Below are positions 8,942 to 17,905 of a stretch of 27,511 nt of DNA, in pieces. Positions within the stretch are counted from its first letter, which is position 1. Each line of letters begins with the position of its first letter. The DNA comes from a virus. Lineage: Duplodnaviria > Heunggongvirae > Uroviricota > Caudoviricetes. The notes beneath the pieces were generated by a model, which saw nothing but the letters and a program-made list of their open reading frames with translations, ran no database searches and was not told the origin of the DNA. The DNA is taken from IMG/VR virus record IMGVR_UViG_2537562015_000010. One strand, 5' to 3'. The position numbers and the translations under genes are program-made.

Positions 8942-9435
8942 CAGCACAGCTCCGCAAAGATTCGCGGGCGGCGCAGAATGTCAGAGATGGCCCAGCTCAC
9001 ATCGCGCCACAAATCCGATGTCTGTATATCCAGTGCGTCCGCCCGGCGGTCGCCCTTATCCGTTGTGTCCGCATCGCGGTAACGCTCCAGAATCAGGGCG
9101 CGTGTGGCGGTATAAACGGCATTGCGCCAGTGCCAGAGATTGACGCTTTCTCCGTTAATTACGGGTGCCGGAACATCGGCCAGCGTCTGATGGCCAGCCG
9201 CCTGCTGTTCCTGCTGCCACGCTTCCAGCTCGCGGGTAACGTGTGCCACGGCCCCGGTGGCGGTATGCAGCAGGCGGGAGGTGGTCACGCGCCCCGGCAG
9301 TCGTACCGCCAGACGCAGCTCGCGCAACACAATATCCGGCCAGAATGCACCCGCTGAAATGCGGGTATCTCCATCATCGGTATCGGTGATGTCGTCCTCT
9401 GCGGGTCTGGGTTCAGTTCTGGCAACCATACTCAT
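8941..9435 (-). CDS. L: Head completion/stabilisation protein, P2 gpL-like
   Basis: 164-aa protein in the gpL position, similar in size to gpL; ATG at 9433-9435. Confidence 0.8.
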   Translation of the reverse strand: MSMVARTEPRPAEDDITDTDDGDTRISAGAFWPDIVLRELRLAVRLPGRVTTSRLLHTATGAVAHVTRELEAWQQEQQAAGHQTLADVPAPVINGESVNLWHWRNAVYTATRALILERYRDADTTDKGDRRADALDIQTSDLWRDVSWAISDILRRPRIFAELC

Positions 9436-9537
9436 GGGGTTCGCTCCTGAAAAAAATCGGGCGGTGGGTGCGCGGTGTAAACGGTCACGGAGTCAAACCG
9501 GAACACCGCGCACGCCGCCCGCTGACGGGGTCAGTCG

Positions 9538-10338
9538 TTAACCGCGCTTCGCCTTCTGCGTCGCGGTGGTTTTTCGTGTTGCAGGCTTCCGCGTTGTCTT
9601 TTTACTTTTGCTGCTTTCGTCCTGCGCCTGCTGTGCGCTGGCGTCTTCTGGTTCGGCTGCGGAATCGGCTTTTTTCAGGGCGCGGGAAAGGGTTGCAATC
9701 TCGCGTTTCACACCTGCGTTCGGGTTCAGGTGCATCGCTTCGCGCAGCAGCTTCAGTGATAAGGCCATGTTGCCTGCATCGGTCAGACCACGACGGGCAA
9801 AGGCGCACGCCTTGCATAATTTGGCGCGCACTTCGTCCGGCATGTCCTGGTCTGTGACAATCTCCCGGAGGGTGTCCAGTGGTTCGATAAAGGCGGACAA
9901 ATCCGCGTCAGCATCCGTCCCGGCCTGCGTCAGTACCGGGTTGCAGATTTCTTCGGTCAGTACCGTGGCAGCAGTACGGCCAAAGTTATCCGGCATGATG
10001 AGGTTATGACGGACCACATACGCACCAATACGCAACGCAAGCGGAAGATCGCCGCAGTCAATCGCCCACACCATCAGCGTGGCAATCACTTCATCCTGCT
10101 GCCCGCCGTCAGCCTCCAGCGTTCCCTCAATCCAGCCGGAAAAATCCGGCAACAACTCTTTTTTGATGGCGGCTTTCGCGCTTCTGGCCTGTACGCCCTT
10201 AAGCCGGGCCTGTGCCAGACGCAGACGATACAGCACCTCTTCATGCGCGGTACGCGCGGCGTGGTCCACGCCTTCATTCGCCCGGCCTGCGCGCTGTGCC
10301 ATCACGTTCTGCCAGTGTTGTTGTGCAGGAGTAATCAT
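9538..10338 (-). CDS. M: Terminase endonuclease (small) subunit, P2 gpM-like
   Basis: 266 aa with a basic C-terminal tail, in the gpM position after N; ATG at 10336-10338 with GGAGAG Shine-Dalgarno upstream. Confidence 0.85.
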   Translation of the reverse strand: MITPAQQHWQNVMAQRAGRANEGVDHAARTAHEEVLYRLRLAQARLKGVQARSAKAAIKKELLPDFSGWIEGTLEADGGQQDEVIATLMVWAIDCGDLPLALRIGAYVVRHNLIMPDNFGRTAATVLTEEICNPVLTQAGTDADADLSAFIEPLDTLREIVTDQDMPDEVRAKLCKACAFARRGLTDAGNMALSLKLLREAMHLNPNAGVKREIATLSRALKKADSAAEPEDASAQQAQDESSKSKKTTRKPATRKTTATQKAKRG

Positions 10339-10383
10339 TTTTTCTCTCCGTTACAGGCGGGCATGATGCCCGCCGTGAGTTGA

Positions 10384-11436
10384 TTAGCTGTCGGCGAACT
10401 TCAGGCCAGTGACCATCGCGCACTTGCCATAGTCTTCAACGACATAAGCGTCATTGATGGACTGGTAGGTGGCGATGCGGTTGTATTCCGGTTCGTCTTT
10501 CATCAGACGACGCATTGAACCTTTCTGCCAGTAAATCGACAGGTTGTTGAACGAGGTGACCAGCATCGTTGAATCCGGGAAGAACGGCGCAAGGAACACG
10601 CCCAGCCCGCCAATGGTGCGCGATGACAGGATGAGCTGTCCGGCGAGTAATTCCGCATTGGGATTCTGGCCGCTGATGCTGTTCAGCACGGGCAGACGCA
10701 GCGAGTTAAACAGGTTGCGCCCCATAATCACCACGAGGTCGTCTGCTTCCTTGTGCCATTCATCCAGCAGGGATGAGCGCGCGTCCTGTACCAGTGCATC
10801 AGCGTTCGCATACTTACCCGCGTGCGCCACGGTGTTGTCCATGTTACGGGAGGTCAGCGTCACGTTATTCATAACGCGTTCGCTGGCGTCGGTTCTGATG
10901 TGCTCCAGCCAGCCCACGTTAACGTCCTGAAGCAACTTGTTGGTGCTGAAGTTAGACTCATCCGCGTGAGACGTGCCGTTGAAACCGATCATGATGCGGT
11001 CAAGTGCCACCTGTCGGGCAATCTGTGCGCTGATGCGGGACTGAAAATCAGGGTGTGCCGCCCAGGCATCAAGCTGCGGATATGAAATAAACGTGTCGTA
11101 GTTCACCTGTTCGCACTGGTATTTGCGGTTTTTCAGATCAACCACGTTATTCGGGTTACGGCGTTTTGTTCCGTCATAACTGGTATTCGTGCGCGCAATC
11201 GGTCCTGTGGTATCCAGGAGGATTTTTTCGCCTTTCTGGTCGGTCACGCCGATCACGTTAATTCTTTTTGTAAATTCGGTGCTTTCCTTTGAGGCGTTTT
11301 CAAAACGCTGCTGTACCGAGGGTTCCACGGTAAATCGCGATACCAGTGCGGAAACCGGGATATTGTTAAGCGACGCCTGCTGCGCCATATAGCAACCCAG
11401 CTTGTTGCGGGTAATATCTGACATCACCAGATTCAT
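10384..11436 (-). CDS. N: Major capsid protein, P2 gpN-like
   Basis: 350 aa; FTVEPSVQQ, GEKILLDTTGPIA, IMIGFNG, LLQDVNVGWL and DYVVEDYG align with P2 gpN; ATG at 11434-11436 with AAGGAG upstream. Confidence 0.9.
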   Translation of the reverse strand: MNLVMSDITRNKLGCYMAQQASLNNIPVSALVSRFTVEPSVQQRFENASKESTEFTKRINVIGVTDQKGEKILLDTTGPIARTNTSYDGTKRRNPNNVVDLKNRKYQCEQVNYDTFISYPQLDAWAAHPDFQSRISAQIARQVALDRIMIGFNGTSHADESNFSTNKLLQDVNVGWLEHIRTDASERVMNNVTLTSRNMDNTVAHAGKYANADALVQDARSSLLDEWHKEADDLVVIMGRNLFNSLRLPVLNSISGQNPNAELLAGQLILSSRTIGGLGVFLAPFFPDSTMLVTSFNNLSIYWQKGSMRRLMKDEPEYNRIATYQSINDAYVVEDYGKCAMVTGLKFADS

Positions 11437-11459
11437 AAAAAATTTGCTCCTTTGTCTTA

Positions 11460-12296
11460 TCAGAAGTCAGCCAGCTGGTCGGAGGCTGCGCCCGTTGCGG
11501 TGAACCGGTTCTGCGGATCGCCGTCCTGCGTGCGCAGCTTTTCCTTCAGTGCTGCCAGCTCTGTGGTCAGTGAAGTGATTTTCTGGCTGTCCTGCTGATG
11601 GCGGGTTTCCAGTGCATTAAAACGGTCGATAATGTCGGCCTGTGACGTTGCGACGCCTTCCACCGCTTCCTGAATGCGGGAGAAACTGGCGTCATCCGCT
11701 TTGCGGCCACGGCCAATAATCCCCATTACGCGGTTAAACCACTGGGTGCCTTCTTCCTGGCGTTGTTCTGCCATTTCGATGATTTCAGACTCGATGGCTT
11801 CGGAGATAAGCGGTGCTTCACCCTGGACACTGTTGAACGTCATCACCGCCTGACGTTGCTGTGCCGTGAATTTCAGGCGCTCAGTGCCCAGGCTTGCCGG
11901 GGTGTCGGTCATCGCCAGCCCGACCAGATAGGCGCGCCCGTTAACGGAGAACTGCGGGTGCAGTTCGATACTGGAATAGATTTTCTTGCCGTCAGCGACA
12001 AGCTGCTTCATGCGCTCGGTCGGTTCGATTTCTGCATACAGCGCAGTACGTCCGGCCAGCGGGCCTTCCGTAATATCTTCCGTACTCAGCGCGGTGACAT
12101 CGCCCATTGCGGAAAATTCGCTTGACGGGCATGGCGAGAGATAGTGCTCAACGTTCACGCGGGCAGCGTAAACATCCGGGTTGAAGTTCTCGGCGGCTTC
12201 ACGCAGATGCACCGGACTGATTTCGCGGCCATCAACAGTTGATCCGGAGACAGCCACGCGAAACTTTTTGCGGGATGTCTTTTTTTCATTAGCCAT
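11460..12296 (-). CDS. O: Capsid scaffolding protein, P2 gpO-like
   Basis: MANEKKTSRKKFRVAVSGSTVDGREISPVHL matches the P2 gpO N-terminus; ATG at 12294-12296 with GAGGGG upstream; the upstream in-frame ATG at 12329 is considered less likely. Confidence 0.85.
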   Translation of the reverse strand: MANEKKTSRKKFRVAVSGSTVDGREISPVHLREAAENFNPDVYAARVNVEHYLSPCPSSEFSAMGDVTALSTEDITEGPLAGRTALYAEIEPTERMKQLVADGKKIYSSIELHPQFSVNGRAYLVGLAMTDTPASLGTERLKFTAQQRQAVMTFNSVQGEAPLISEAIESEIIEMAEQRQEEGTQWFNRVMGIIGRGRKADDASFSRIQEAVEGVATSQADIIDRFNALETRHQQDSQKITSLTTELAALKEKLRTQDGDPQNRFTATGAASDQLADF

Positions 12297-12450
12297 AGTT
12301 TTTGCCCCTCTGACTGGTTCTTCAGTCATGATGGCAAAGCGTAACAGGCTGATACAAAGGGCTTTTGTTGTAAGAAAACGGCCAGAACAGGGGGTTAAGG
12401 AGAACGGTTTCGCGCGCGGGTAATCTTCCTGTAATTACTCAGGGGGAGCA

Positions 12451-14202
12451 ATGATTCAGGACGCTTTTGTGCGCCAGCGTGCGCGGCAACTTTACTGGCA
12501 GGGTTATCCGCCCGCAGAAATATCACGTCTGATGGGAATAAACCCGAACACGATTTATGCGTGGAAAAAACGCGACCAGTGGGATGAAACGCCACCCGTG
12601 CAGCGTGTCACGCAGTCCATTGATGCGCGCCTCATCCAGCTTACTGAAAAACAGAATAAAACAGGCGGTGACTTTAAGGAAATAGACCTGCTGACCCGGC
12701 AGCTTAAAAAGCTGCATGATGGCCAGCCGGATGTGATGGCCGCAGGAAAGAAAGGCCGGGCGAAAAAACTCAAAAATCATTTCACGCCGGAACAGATTGC
12801 CGCACTGCGGGAAAAAATCATCAGCAGGCTGGAGTGGCATCAGCGGGGCTGGTTTGACTCCCTGACCCTTTGCAGGGAAGCCGGGATACGTAACAGGATG
12901 ATCCTGAAATCCCGACAGATTGGGGCGACCTGGTATTTTGCACAGGAAGCACTGCTGATGGCGCTGCGTGACGATGTGACGCAACCTTACCAGCGTAACC
13001 AGATTTTTTTGTCTGCGTCGCGTCGTCAGGCGTTCCAGTTTAAAAGCATTATTCAGAAGGCTGCATCTGAAGTTGATGTGGAGCTGAAAGGGGGCGATAA
13101 AATCATCCTCTCCAACGGTGCAGAGCTGCATTTTCTTGGTACTTCTGCTGCGACGGCACAGTCCTACACGGGCAATTTTTATTTTGATGAATTTTTCTGG
13201 GTCAGCCGCTTTGCTGAACTGCGCAAGGTGGCTGGCGCTATGGCAACCCTCAGCGGACTGCGGCGCACCTACTTCTCCACGCCATCCACCGAAACGCACG
13301 AGGCATACGCCTACTGGAACGGCGACCGCTGGAACGAGAAAAAGGCCACGCATAAACGCCAGCGTTTTTCTGTGGACTGGAAAACGCTGCATAACGGGCT
13401 TATCTGCCCTGACCGGACGTGGCGGCAAATTGTCACGCTGGAAGATGTGGTTAATCACGGCTGGAAACACACCGATATTGACGAAATTCGTGATGAAAAC
13501 ACCGAAGACGAGTTCCGCAATCTCTATATGTGTGAGTTTGTCCGCGAAGGGGAATCGGCATTTAACCTGAATATCCTGATTGGCTGCGGTGTTGACGGAT
13601 ACGACGACTGGAAAGACTGGAAACCTTTTGCTCCCCGCCCGATGGGGAATCGTCCGGTATGGATTGGGTATGACGCAAACGGCAGCAGTGGCAACGGCGA
13701 CAGCGGCGCTGTGTCCGTGGTGGTTCCTCCGGCTGTTCCTGGTGGCCGTTTTCGAACGGTGGAGACGCGACGCGTTCAGGGGCTGGAGTTTGAAGAACAG
13801 GCCAGAGTCATTGAAGAGTTCACGTGTCGCTACAACGTGGAACACATCGGCATTGATGTGACGGGCGGGAACGGGGAGGCTGTTTATCAGATAGTGAAGC
13901 GGTTTTTCCCTGCTGCTATTCCGTACACCTTCACGCTGTCATCCAAACGGTCGCTGGTACTGAAAATGCTGCAAATAATGCGTGCCGGACGGTGGGAATA
14001 CGATCGCGCCGAACGCGAGCTGGTCGCGGCCTTTAACGCCGTGCGTAAGGTGAAAACACCGGGCGGCTTTATCACTTACGAAACGGACCGCGCGAGGGGG
14101 ATCAGCCACGGCGACCTTGCGTGGGCAACCATGCTTGCTGTCATTAACGAACCAATTGGCGGCGAAGGAGAAAACGAGCGTTTCACGGTTATGGAGTTCT
14201 GA
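12451..14202 (+). CDS. P: Terminase ATPase (large) subunit, P2 gpP-like
   Basis: 583 aa; ATG at 12451 preceded by AGGGGGAG; strong similarity to P2 gpP throughout; its stop overlaps the Q start (TGATG). Confidence 0.9.
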   Translation: MIQDAFVRQRARQLYWQGYPPAEISRLMGINPNTIYAWKKRDQWDETPPVQRVTQSIDARLIQLTEKQNKTGGDFKEIDLLTRQLKKLHDGQPDVMAAGKKGRAKKLKNHFTPEQIAALREKIISRLEWHQRGWFDSLTLCREAGIRNRMILKSRQIGATWYFAQEALLMALRDDVTQPYQRNQIFLSASRRQAFQFKSIIQKAASEVDVELKGGDKIILSNGAELHFLGTSAATAQSYTGNFYFDEFFWVSRFAELRKVAGAMATLSGLRRTYFSTPSTETHEAYAYWNGDRWNEKKATHKRQRFSVDWKTLHNGLICPDRTWRQIVTLEDVVNHGWKHTDIDEIRDENTEDEFRNLYMCEFVREGESAFNLNILIGCGVDGYDDWKDWKPFAPRPMGNRPVWIGYDANGSSGNGDSGAVSVVVPPAVPGGRFRTVETRRVQGLEFEEQARVIEEFTCRYNVEHIGIDVTGGNGEAVYQIVKRFFPAAIPYTFTLSSKRSLVLKMLQIMRAGRWEYDRAERELVAAFNAVRKVKTPGGFITYETDRARGISHGDLAWATMLAVINEPIGGEGENERFTVMEF

Positions 14203-15248
14203 TGAGCAGAAAAAATAAAAAAGTGCGCATGAGTTCACGCATTGATCTCGCTGATGCGCTCAGGAAAGAATCATCGCTCAGTGCATTCACATTTGATGGT
14301 CCTTATCGCCTGACCGGGCATGACCTGCTGGACAATATGTACTGTGCTGATAACGGGCGGTGGTATGAAACCCCGGTGGACTGGTACGGTCTGGCAAGAG
14401 CCGCCCGGCAAACGTCCTGGCATCAGTCTGCGCTTTACTTTAAGCGCAATGTATTGCTCGGTTGCTACATCCCGCACCCGCTGCTTTCCCGGCAGGATTT
14501 CTCGGCGCTGGCGCTGGACTGGTTTGTGTTCGGTAACGCATTCCTTGAGCTTCGGAGTAATATGCTCGGCGAACCACTTAAATTACGGCACGCACTGGCG
14601 AAATACGTGCGACGCGGAAGCGATCTTGAATCATGGTGGTATGTGCAGGATGGCAAGGACGCGTTTCAGTTTCGCCCTGGCAAAGTGTGCCACCTGATGA
14701 ATCCGGACATTAACCAGGAAATTTACGGCATGCCGGAATATCTTGGCGCATTACTCTCGGCCAGCCTTTCTCATTCGGCGGACATGTTCAGAAAACTGTA
14801 CTACGACAACGGATCCCACGCCGGGTGCATCATCTACATCGGTGCAGCGCAGGTAAACCGCGAAAGCATGGACTCCCTGAAAGAAACGCTACAGGGGGCA
14901 CGTGGTGGTGGTGCGTTTAAAAACGTGCTCATTCATGCGCCCAACGGGGGCAAAGAGGGGGTGCAAATTTTGCCGTTCCAGCAGATCACCGCAAAAGATG
15001 AGTTCATGAATGTTAAGGCGGCATCCCGTGATGATGTGCTGGCTGCGCACCGCGTTCCGCCGCAACTGATGGGGGCGATGCCGGGCGAAAAAAGTGCGTT
15101 TGGTGATGTGGAGAAGGCCGCGCGGGTTTACGCAATTAACGAGCTGATGCCCGTCATGGAGGCCATGAAGCATATCAATGACTGGCTTGGCGAAGAGGTG
15201 ATCCGCTTTAACCCTTACGCACTGTTAGATACCCAGCCCACATCCTGA
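14202..15248 (+). CDS. Q: Portal protein, P2 gpQ-like
   Basis: 348 aa, co-directional with and coupled to P; followed by the cos region. Confidence 0.9.
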   Translation: MSRKNKKVRMSSRIDLADALRKESSLSAFTFDGPYRLTGHDLLDNMYCADNGRWYETPVDWYGLARAARQTSWHQSALYFKRNVLLGCYIPHPLLSRQDFSALALDWFVFGNAFLELRSNMLGEPLKLRHALAKYVRRGSDLESWWYVQDGKDAFQFRPGKVCHLMNPDINQEIYGMPEYLGALLSASLSHSADMFRKLYYDNGSHAGCIIYIGAAQVNRESMDSLKETLQGARGGGAFKNVLIHAPNGGKEGVQILPFQQITAKDEFMNVKAASRDDVLAAHRVPPQLMGAMPGEKSAFGDVEKAARVYAINELMPVMEAMKHINDWLGEEVIRFNPYALLDTQPTS

Positions 15249-15720
15249 CGCGCTTCGCTTGTCTGCTGCTTCGCCGGGGCATAAAAAATTTATGCCCCGA
15301 CTCTCCAGCTCCTGTATCAGTCAGATAATTTCACGACGCTTTCCTGCTTATTGCCATCATCGACGGTCAGACTCTTACGCAATCCCACTGCGCTGACTGC
15401 ATGTTCTCGCCGCCTCAGTGCGATTTTGACGGCCTTACCTTTCACCCCATCAAACCAGAATCCCTCACGTATTTTTCACGCTCAGCGTGAGAAATACGGC
15501 CATTCTGTCGTGTCGCTGCGACATCGTTAAGGGAACGCTATTTACCCCCTGAAACGCGGGCTGTTCCCCCGTCACCTGCGCGCAGAAAAAGCGCGTTTTT
15601 TTGTGCACGCACGGATCCTTGACGGATCCAGCCGCCACGCGGGCCGGAAGGGCAAAAAGTCGTTCAAAAAAATTGTGCAAATTTGTGCACTATTGTGCAG
15701 TCAAAAAATTGCCACATGTT
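15249..15720. other. Predicted cos / packaging region (exact cohesive-end site not identified)
   Basis: Non-coding region between the portal gene and the cargo, where P2 carries cos; contains a 29-bp dyad at 15469-15497, ACGGATCC at 15611-15618 and 15622-15629, and TTGTGCA at 15601, 15673, 15683 and 15693. Confidence 0.5.
15276..15298 (+). other. Perfect 10-bp stem hairpin 28 nt after the Q stop
   Basis: GGGGCATAAA-AAA-TTTATGCCCC; no U-run follows, so it may be a weak terminator or part of the cos/packaging signal. Confidence 0.4.
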
Positions 15721-15879
15721 GAATATTGCAGGTTAGCTTTAAGTTAGTTTAACTAAAATTTTCAGTGAATCGGGCGAAGTGGAGCTGTGAGCATAAAATC
15801 CTTGTTCACTAAGCAACATTATCTCAGTACATATTTGAAGCTAATTCCGCATGTGGCGATTTTTATGCAGGTGCATGAT

Positions 15880-15911
15880 ATAAGCAAAAGCCCGCCACAT
15901 CTGGCGGGCTT
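15880..15911 (-). terminator. Rho-independent terminator of the cargo operon
   Basis: 10-bp stem AAGCCCGCCA / TGGCGGGCTT with loop CATC; on the minus strand it is followed by TTTTGCTTAT; about 55 nt downstream of the ASCH gene stop. Confidence 0.55.
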
Positions 15912-15964
15912 CAGCGAAACGGTCCTTAAACGATCATGCAGAACCATGCAGCAAAGTCATGCTC

Positions 15965-16342
15965 TTATCCGCGTATATACCTAAAGGACTGAGGTGGTAC
16001 AGCGCCAGGTATCAATTCATTAAGTGGAATTGGAGTATCATAGCGCAGAGGGTTTTTTACTTCTATTGCGAATCCCTTGTCTCTTTCTGAAAAATATTCA
16101 TCAAAAAAATCCCGCGTAATACCTGCATACTTTTTTGTCATATTCCATAATTCATCTGGCTGAGATGACAAAACCTTTTCGATTTCAAACTCACCAATTA
16201 CCTTTCCGACGGGCATTGTTGCATAAATAATAACCGCTCGGACTTCTTTGTTCCGAAAAATTGTCTTCCTGAATTCGAATTTTTTATATCCATTTAAAAT
16301 GGATTCAGCGAACTCTGGTTTAATCGACAATAAAATTTTCAT
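15965..16342 (-). CDS. ASCH (PUA-like) domain protein, cargo gene 2
   Basis: 125 aa; N-terminus MKILLSIKPEFAESILNGYKKFEFRK carries the ASCH signature G-x-K-x-x-E-x-R; AT-rich codon usage; ATG at 16340-16342 overlaps the upstream gene by 23 nt. Confidence 0.6.
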   Translation of the reverse strand: MKILLSIKPEFAESILNGYKKFEFRKTIFRNKEVRAVIIYATMPVGKVIGEFEIEKVLSSQPDELWNMTKKYAGITRDFFDEYFSERDKGFAIEVKNPLRYDTPIPLNELIPGAVPPQSFRYIRG

Positions 16343-17375
16343 TAACCTTTCCCGCGCTTAAAACAGCTTTGAAGTGAATATCACTTAACGTGAAGAACCC
16401 TGAATAGCTTGGAGTATAACCTAAAATACTCAACAATTCATCTCTAATTATTCTTTTTTGCAAAGGGAAATTGTAAGTTAACTTAATTACATGTGGAGGA
16501 TAACATCTGCTATAATAAGCATGTAATTCTTCATCAGAAAAAATACTGGCGCCTCCACAATAAGACTTAAACTCATCATATGATAAAAATTCTCGAATGT
16601 TTTTATACTCTTGTAATGTACAAACAGAAGTAACCACCGACCGATATTTCGCCGCTCCCTGTCCATCTGTCGTTCGATAAATAATTATATTATCTCCTGG
16701 CTGAAGAAGCTCCATGCCTTTCATCGCGCCAATATATATCTTATGAATACTATTAGTATAAGTAACATCTTCTAAAATAGAATCATTTTCATTTTTTAAA
16801 ATTGACTCCGGGAAAAGCCTTGAATGAAACTCAGGTTTAATGGCTAATAAAAAATTTCTTCCATTCATTTTTATCATAGGATAATTATTATAAAATGATG
16901 CTGCTGATGGCTTCCAGTTAAAATCCTTAAAGTAGACACCTTCACAACCGTTTTCCGTCTCAAGATTTTTTCTTGAACACAATTTAAAACCATAGCGTTC
17001 AAGTAAACGAATCAATCCTTGATGTTTGTCAAAGATAGTAACGTACACTTCCTGAATATCATGAGGCATTGCAAAATCAAATATTTTTCTTACAAATCTC
17101 TCCCCCATTTTCGTTCCACGAGCATCTATTTTAAATGTTCCGCATTTAAGACGTTTTTTCATAGGGAAAGATGGGGTCATGTCATTTAATTCTTCATTTT
17201 CAATTTTGAGGTATAAAAAACCATCTATTTTTCCATAGTCATCATAAGATACGTATGCTTTCTCGTTTCTTTTCTTTAAGAACCAGCTTTCAAAAGTTGG
17301 GTAGTCATTTTTAAGTGAGTCAAAAAAAACATCTGAGAGGTCAACCTTCCCAAATTCGACATAACTAAGAGACAT
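16320..17375 (-). CDS. Two-domain cargo protein: N-terminal GNAT-like acetyltransferase fold plus C-terminal divergent ASCH-like domain
   Basis: 351 aa; the segment RGTKMGERFVRKIFDFAMPHDIQEVYVTIFDKHQGLIRLLERYGFK resembles GNAT motifs A/B; the C-terminal half begins LLAIKPEF, paralogous to the downstream ASCH protein but lacking the G-x-K-x-x-E-x-R motif; ATG at 17373-17375 with AAGGA upstream; AT-rich. Confidence 0.5.
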   Translation of the reverse strand: MSLSYVEFGKVDLSDVFFDSLKNDYPTFESWFLKKRNEKAYVSYDDYGKIDGFLYLKIENEELNDMTPSFPMKKRLKCGTFKIDARGTKMGERFVRKIFDFAMPHDIQEVYVTIFDKHQGLIRLLERYGFKLCSRKNLETENGCEGVYFKDFNWKPSAASFYNNYPMIKMNGRNFLLAIKPEFHSRLFPESILKNENDSILEDVTYTNSIHKIYIGAMKGMELLQPGDNIIIYRTTDGQGAAKYRSVVTSVCTLQEYKNIREFLSYDEFKSYCGGASIFSDEELHAYYSRCYPPHVIKLTYNFPLQKRIIRDELLSILGYTPSYSGFFTLSDIHFKAVLSAGKVNENFIVD

Positions 17376-17425
17376 TGTGCCATCCTTTTCAGTAGGTATT
17401 TTGCAAAAAAACGTTACTGTATCTC

Positions 17426-17453
17426 AAAATATATGTAAATAAACTTAGATCAA
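17426..17453 (-). promoter_or_regulatory. Candidate sigma70 promoter for the cargo operon
   Basis: On the minus strand TTGATC-N16-TATTTT, about 45-50 nt upstream of the cargo ATG, in an AT-rich spacer. Confidence 0.3.
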
Positions 17454-17491
17454 AAAAATGCTTACTAACGCTTTGTCTTACCGGGGCTGTG

Positions 17492-17551
17492 TGTGTCGAA
17501 ATACTCGCTTAGTGGCAGGGTGATAACTACATCTACCTCTACTGGTGCAAT
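17492..17551 (-). pseudogene. About 60-nt relic of a parM-like gene (recombination scar at the cargo boundary)
   Basis: By hand alignment, 17492-17551 is about 83% identical (50 of 60) to 18539-18598 inside the intact parM-like gene; no ORF spans it. Confidence 0.5.
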
Positions 17552-17589
17552 ATCAGACTCTGCCCGGCGCAGAGTATTCCGACTGTTGG

Positions 17590-17901
17590 TCATTGAGGGA
17601 ACATGGCCTGTATATTCTTTTTCATCTGTGTAACGTTGTTGTTCTCTGTATCCTGCTGTGGTGATTTATTTCGTGGCGTTGGTGTGAGCGGCTGGCTGAA
17701 TCCGCTTTCAGGCCATTCAGCCAGCCAGTAAGCAAAGGCAGGATCGCTTTTAATGAGTGCCAGTCCAGCCAGAAAGGCCGCGCGTTGCGCGCGGCTACGT
17801 TCAGAGGCTGGCAGGCTGTCGAGGTAATTACACGCCTCCCGTTCACTATTGACGGCGGCTGGCTTCAGATAGAAACTTATCCGTCTGGTTGGTGTCGTCA
17901 T
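17590..17901 (-). CDS. parR: ParR-like centromere-binding protein (ribbon-helix-helix)
   Basis: ATG at 17899-17901 with AAGGAG 7 nt upstream, 5 nt after the parM stop; RISFYLKPAAVNSEREACNYLDSLPASERSRAQRAAFLAGLALIKSDP resembles plasmid R1 ParR (TIAFKLNPDV...LDSIPQGERSRLNRAALTAGLALYRQDP); the longer ORF-track form overlapping parM is rejected. Confidence 0.65.
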   Translation of the reverse strand: MTTPTRRISFYLKPAAVNSEREACNYLDSLPASERSRAQRAAFLAGLALIKSDPAFAYWLAEWPESGFSQPLTPTPRNKSPQQDTENNNVTQMKKNIQAMFPQ

Positions 17902-17905
17902 TGGT

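Noticed and set aside
12369-12386. Ogr-type late-promoter activator site (TGT-N12-ACA) in the O-P divergent intergenic region
   Set aside because: Only a near match (TGT-N12-AGA) is present; not called without comparison to related late promoters.
12523-13845. 440-aa ORF antisense to the terminase gene P
   Set aside because: The plus-strand frame has clear similarity to P2 gpP across its length; the antisense ORF has no recognisable features and is most likely a by-product of the sense strand's codon composition.
15465-15984. ORFs 15465-15680 (minus) and 15787-15984 (plus) in the cos and AT-rich spacer
   Set aside because: No ribosome-binding sites, the second overlaps the cargo terminator hairpin, and the region is expected to be cis-acting packaging DNA.
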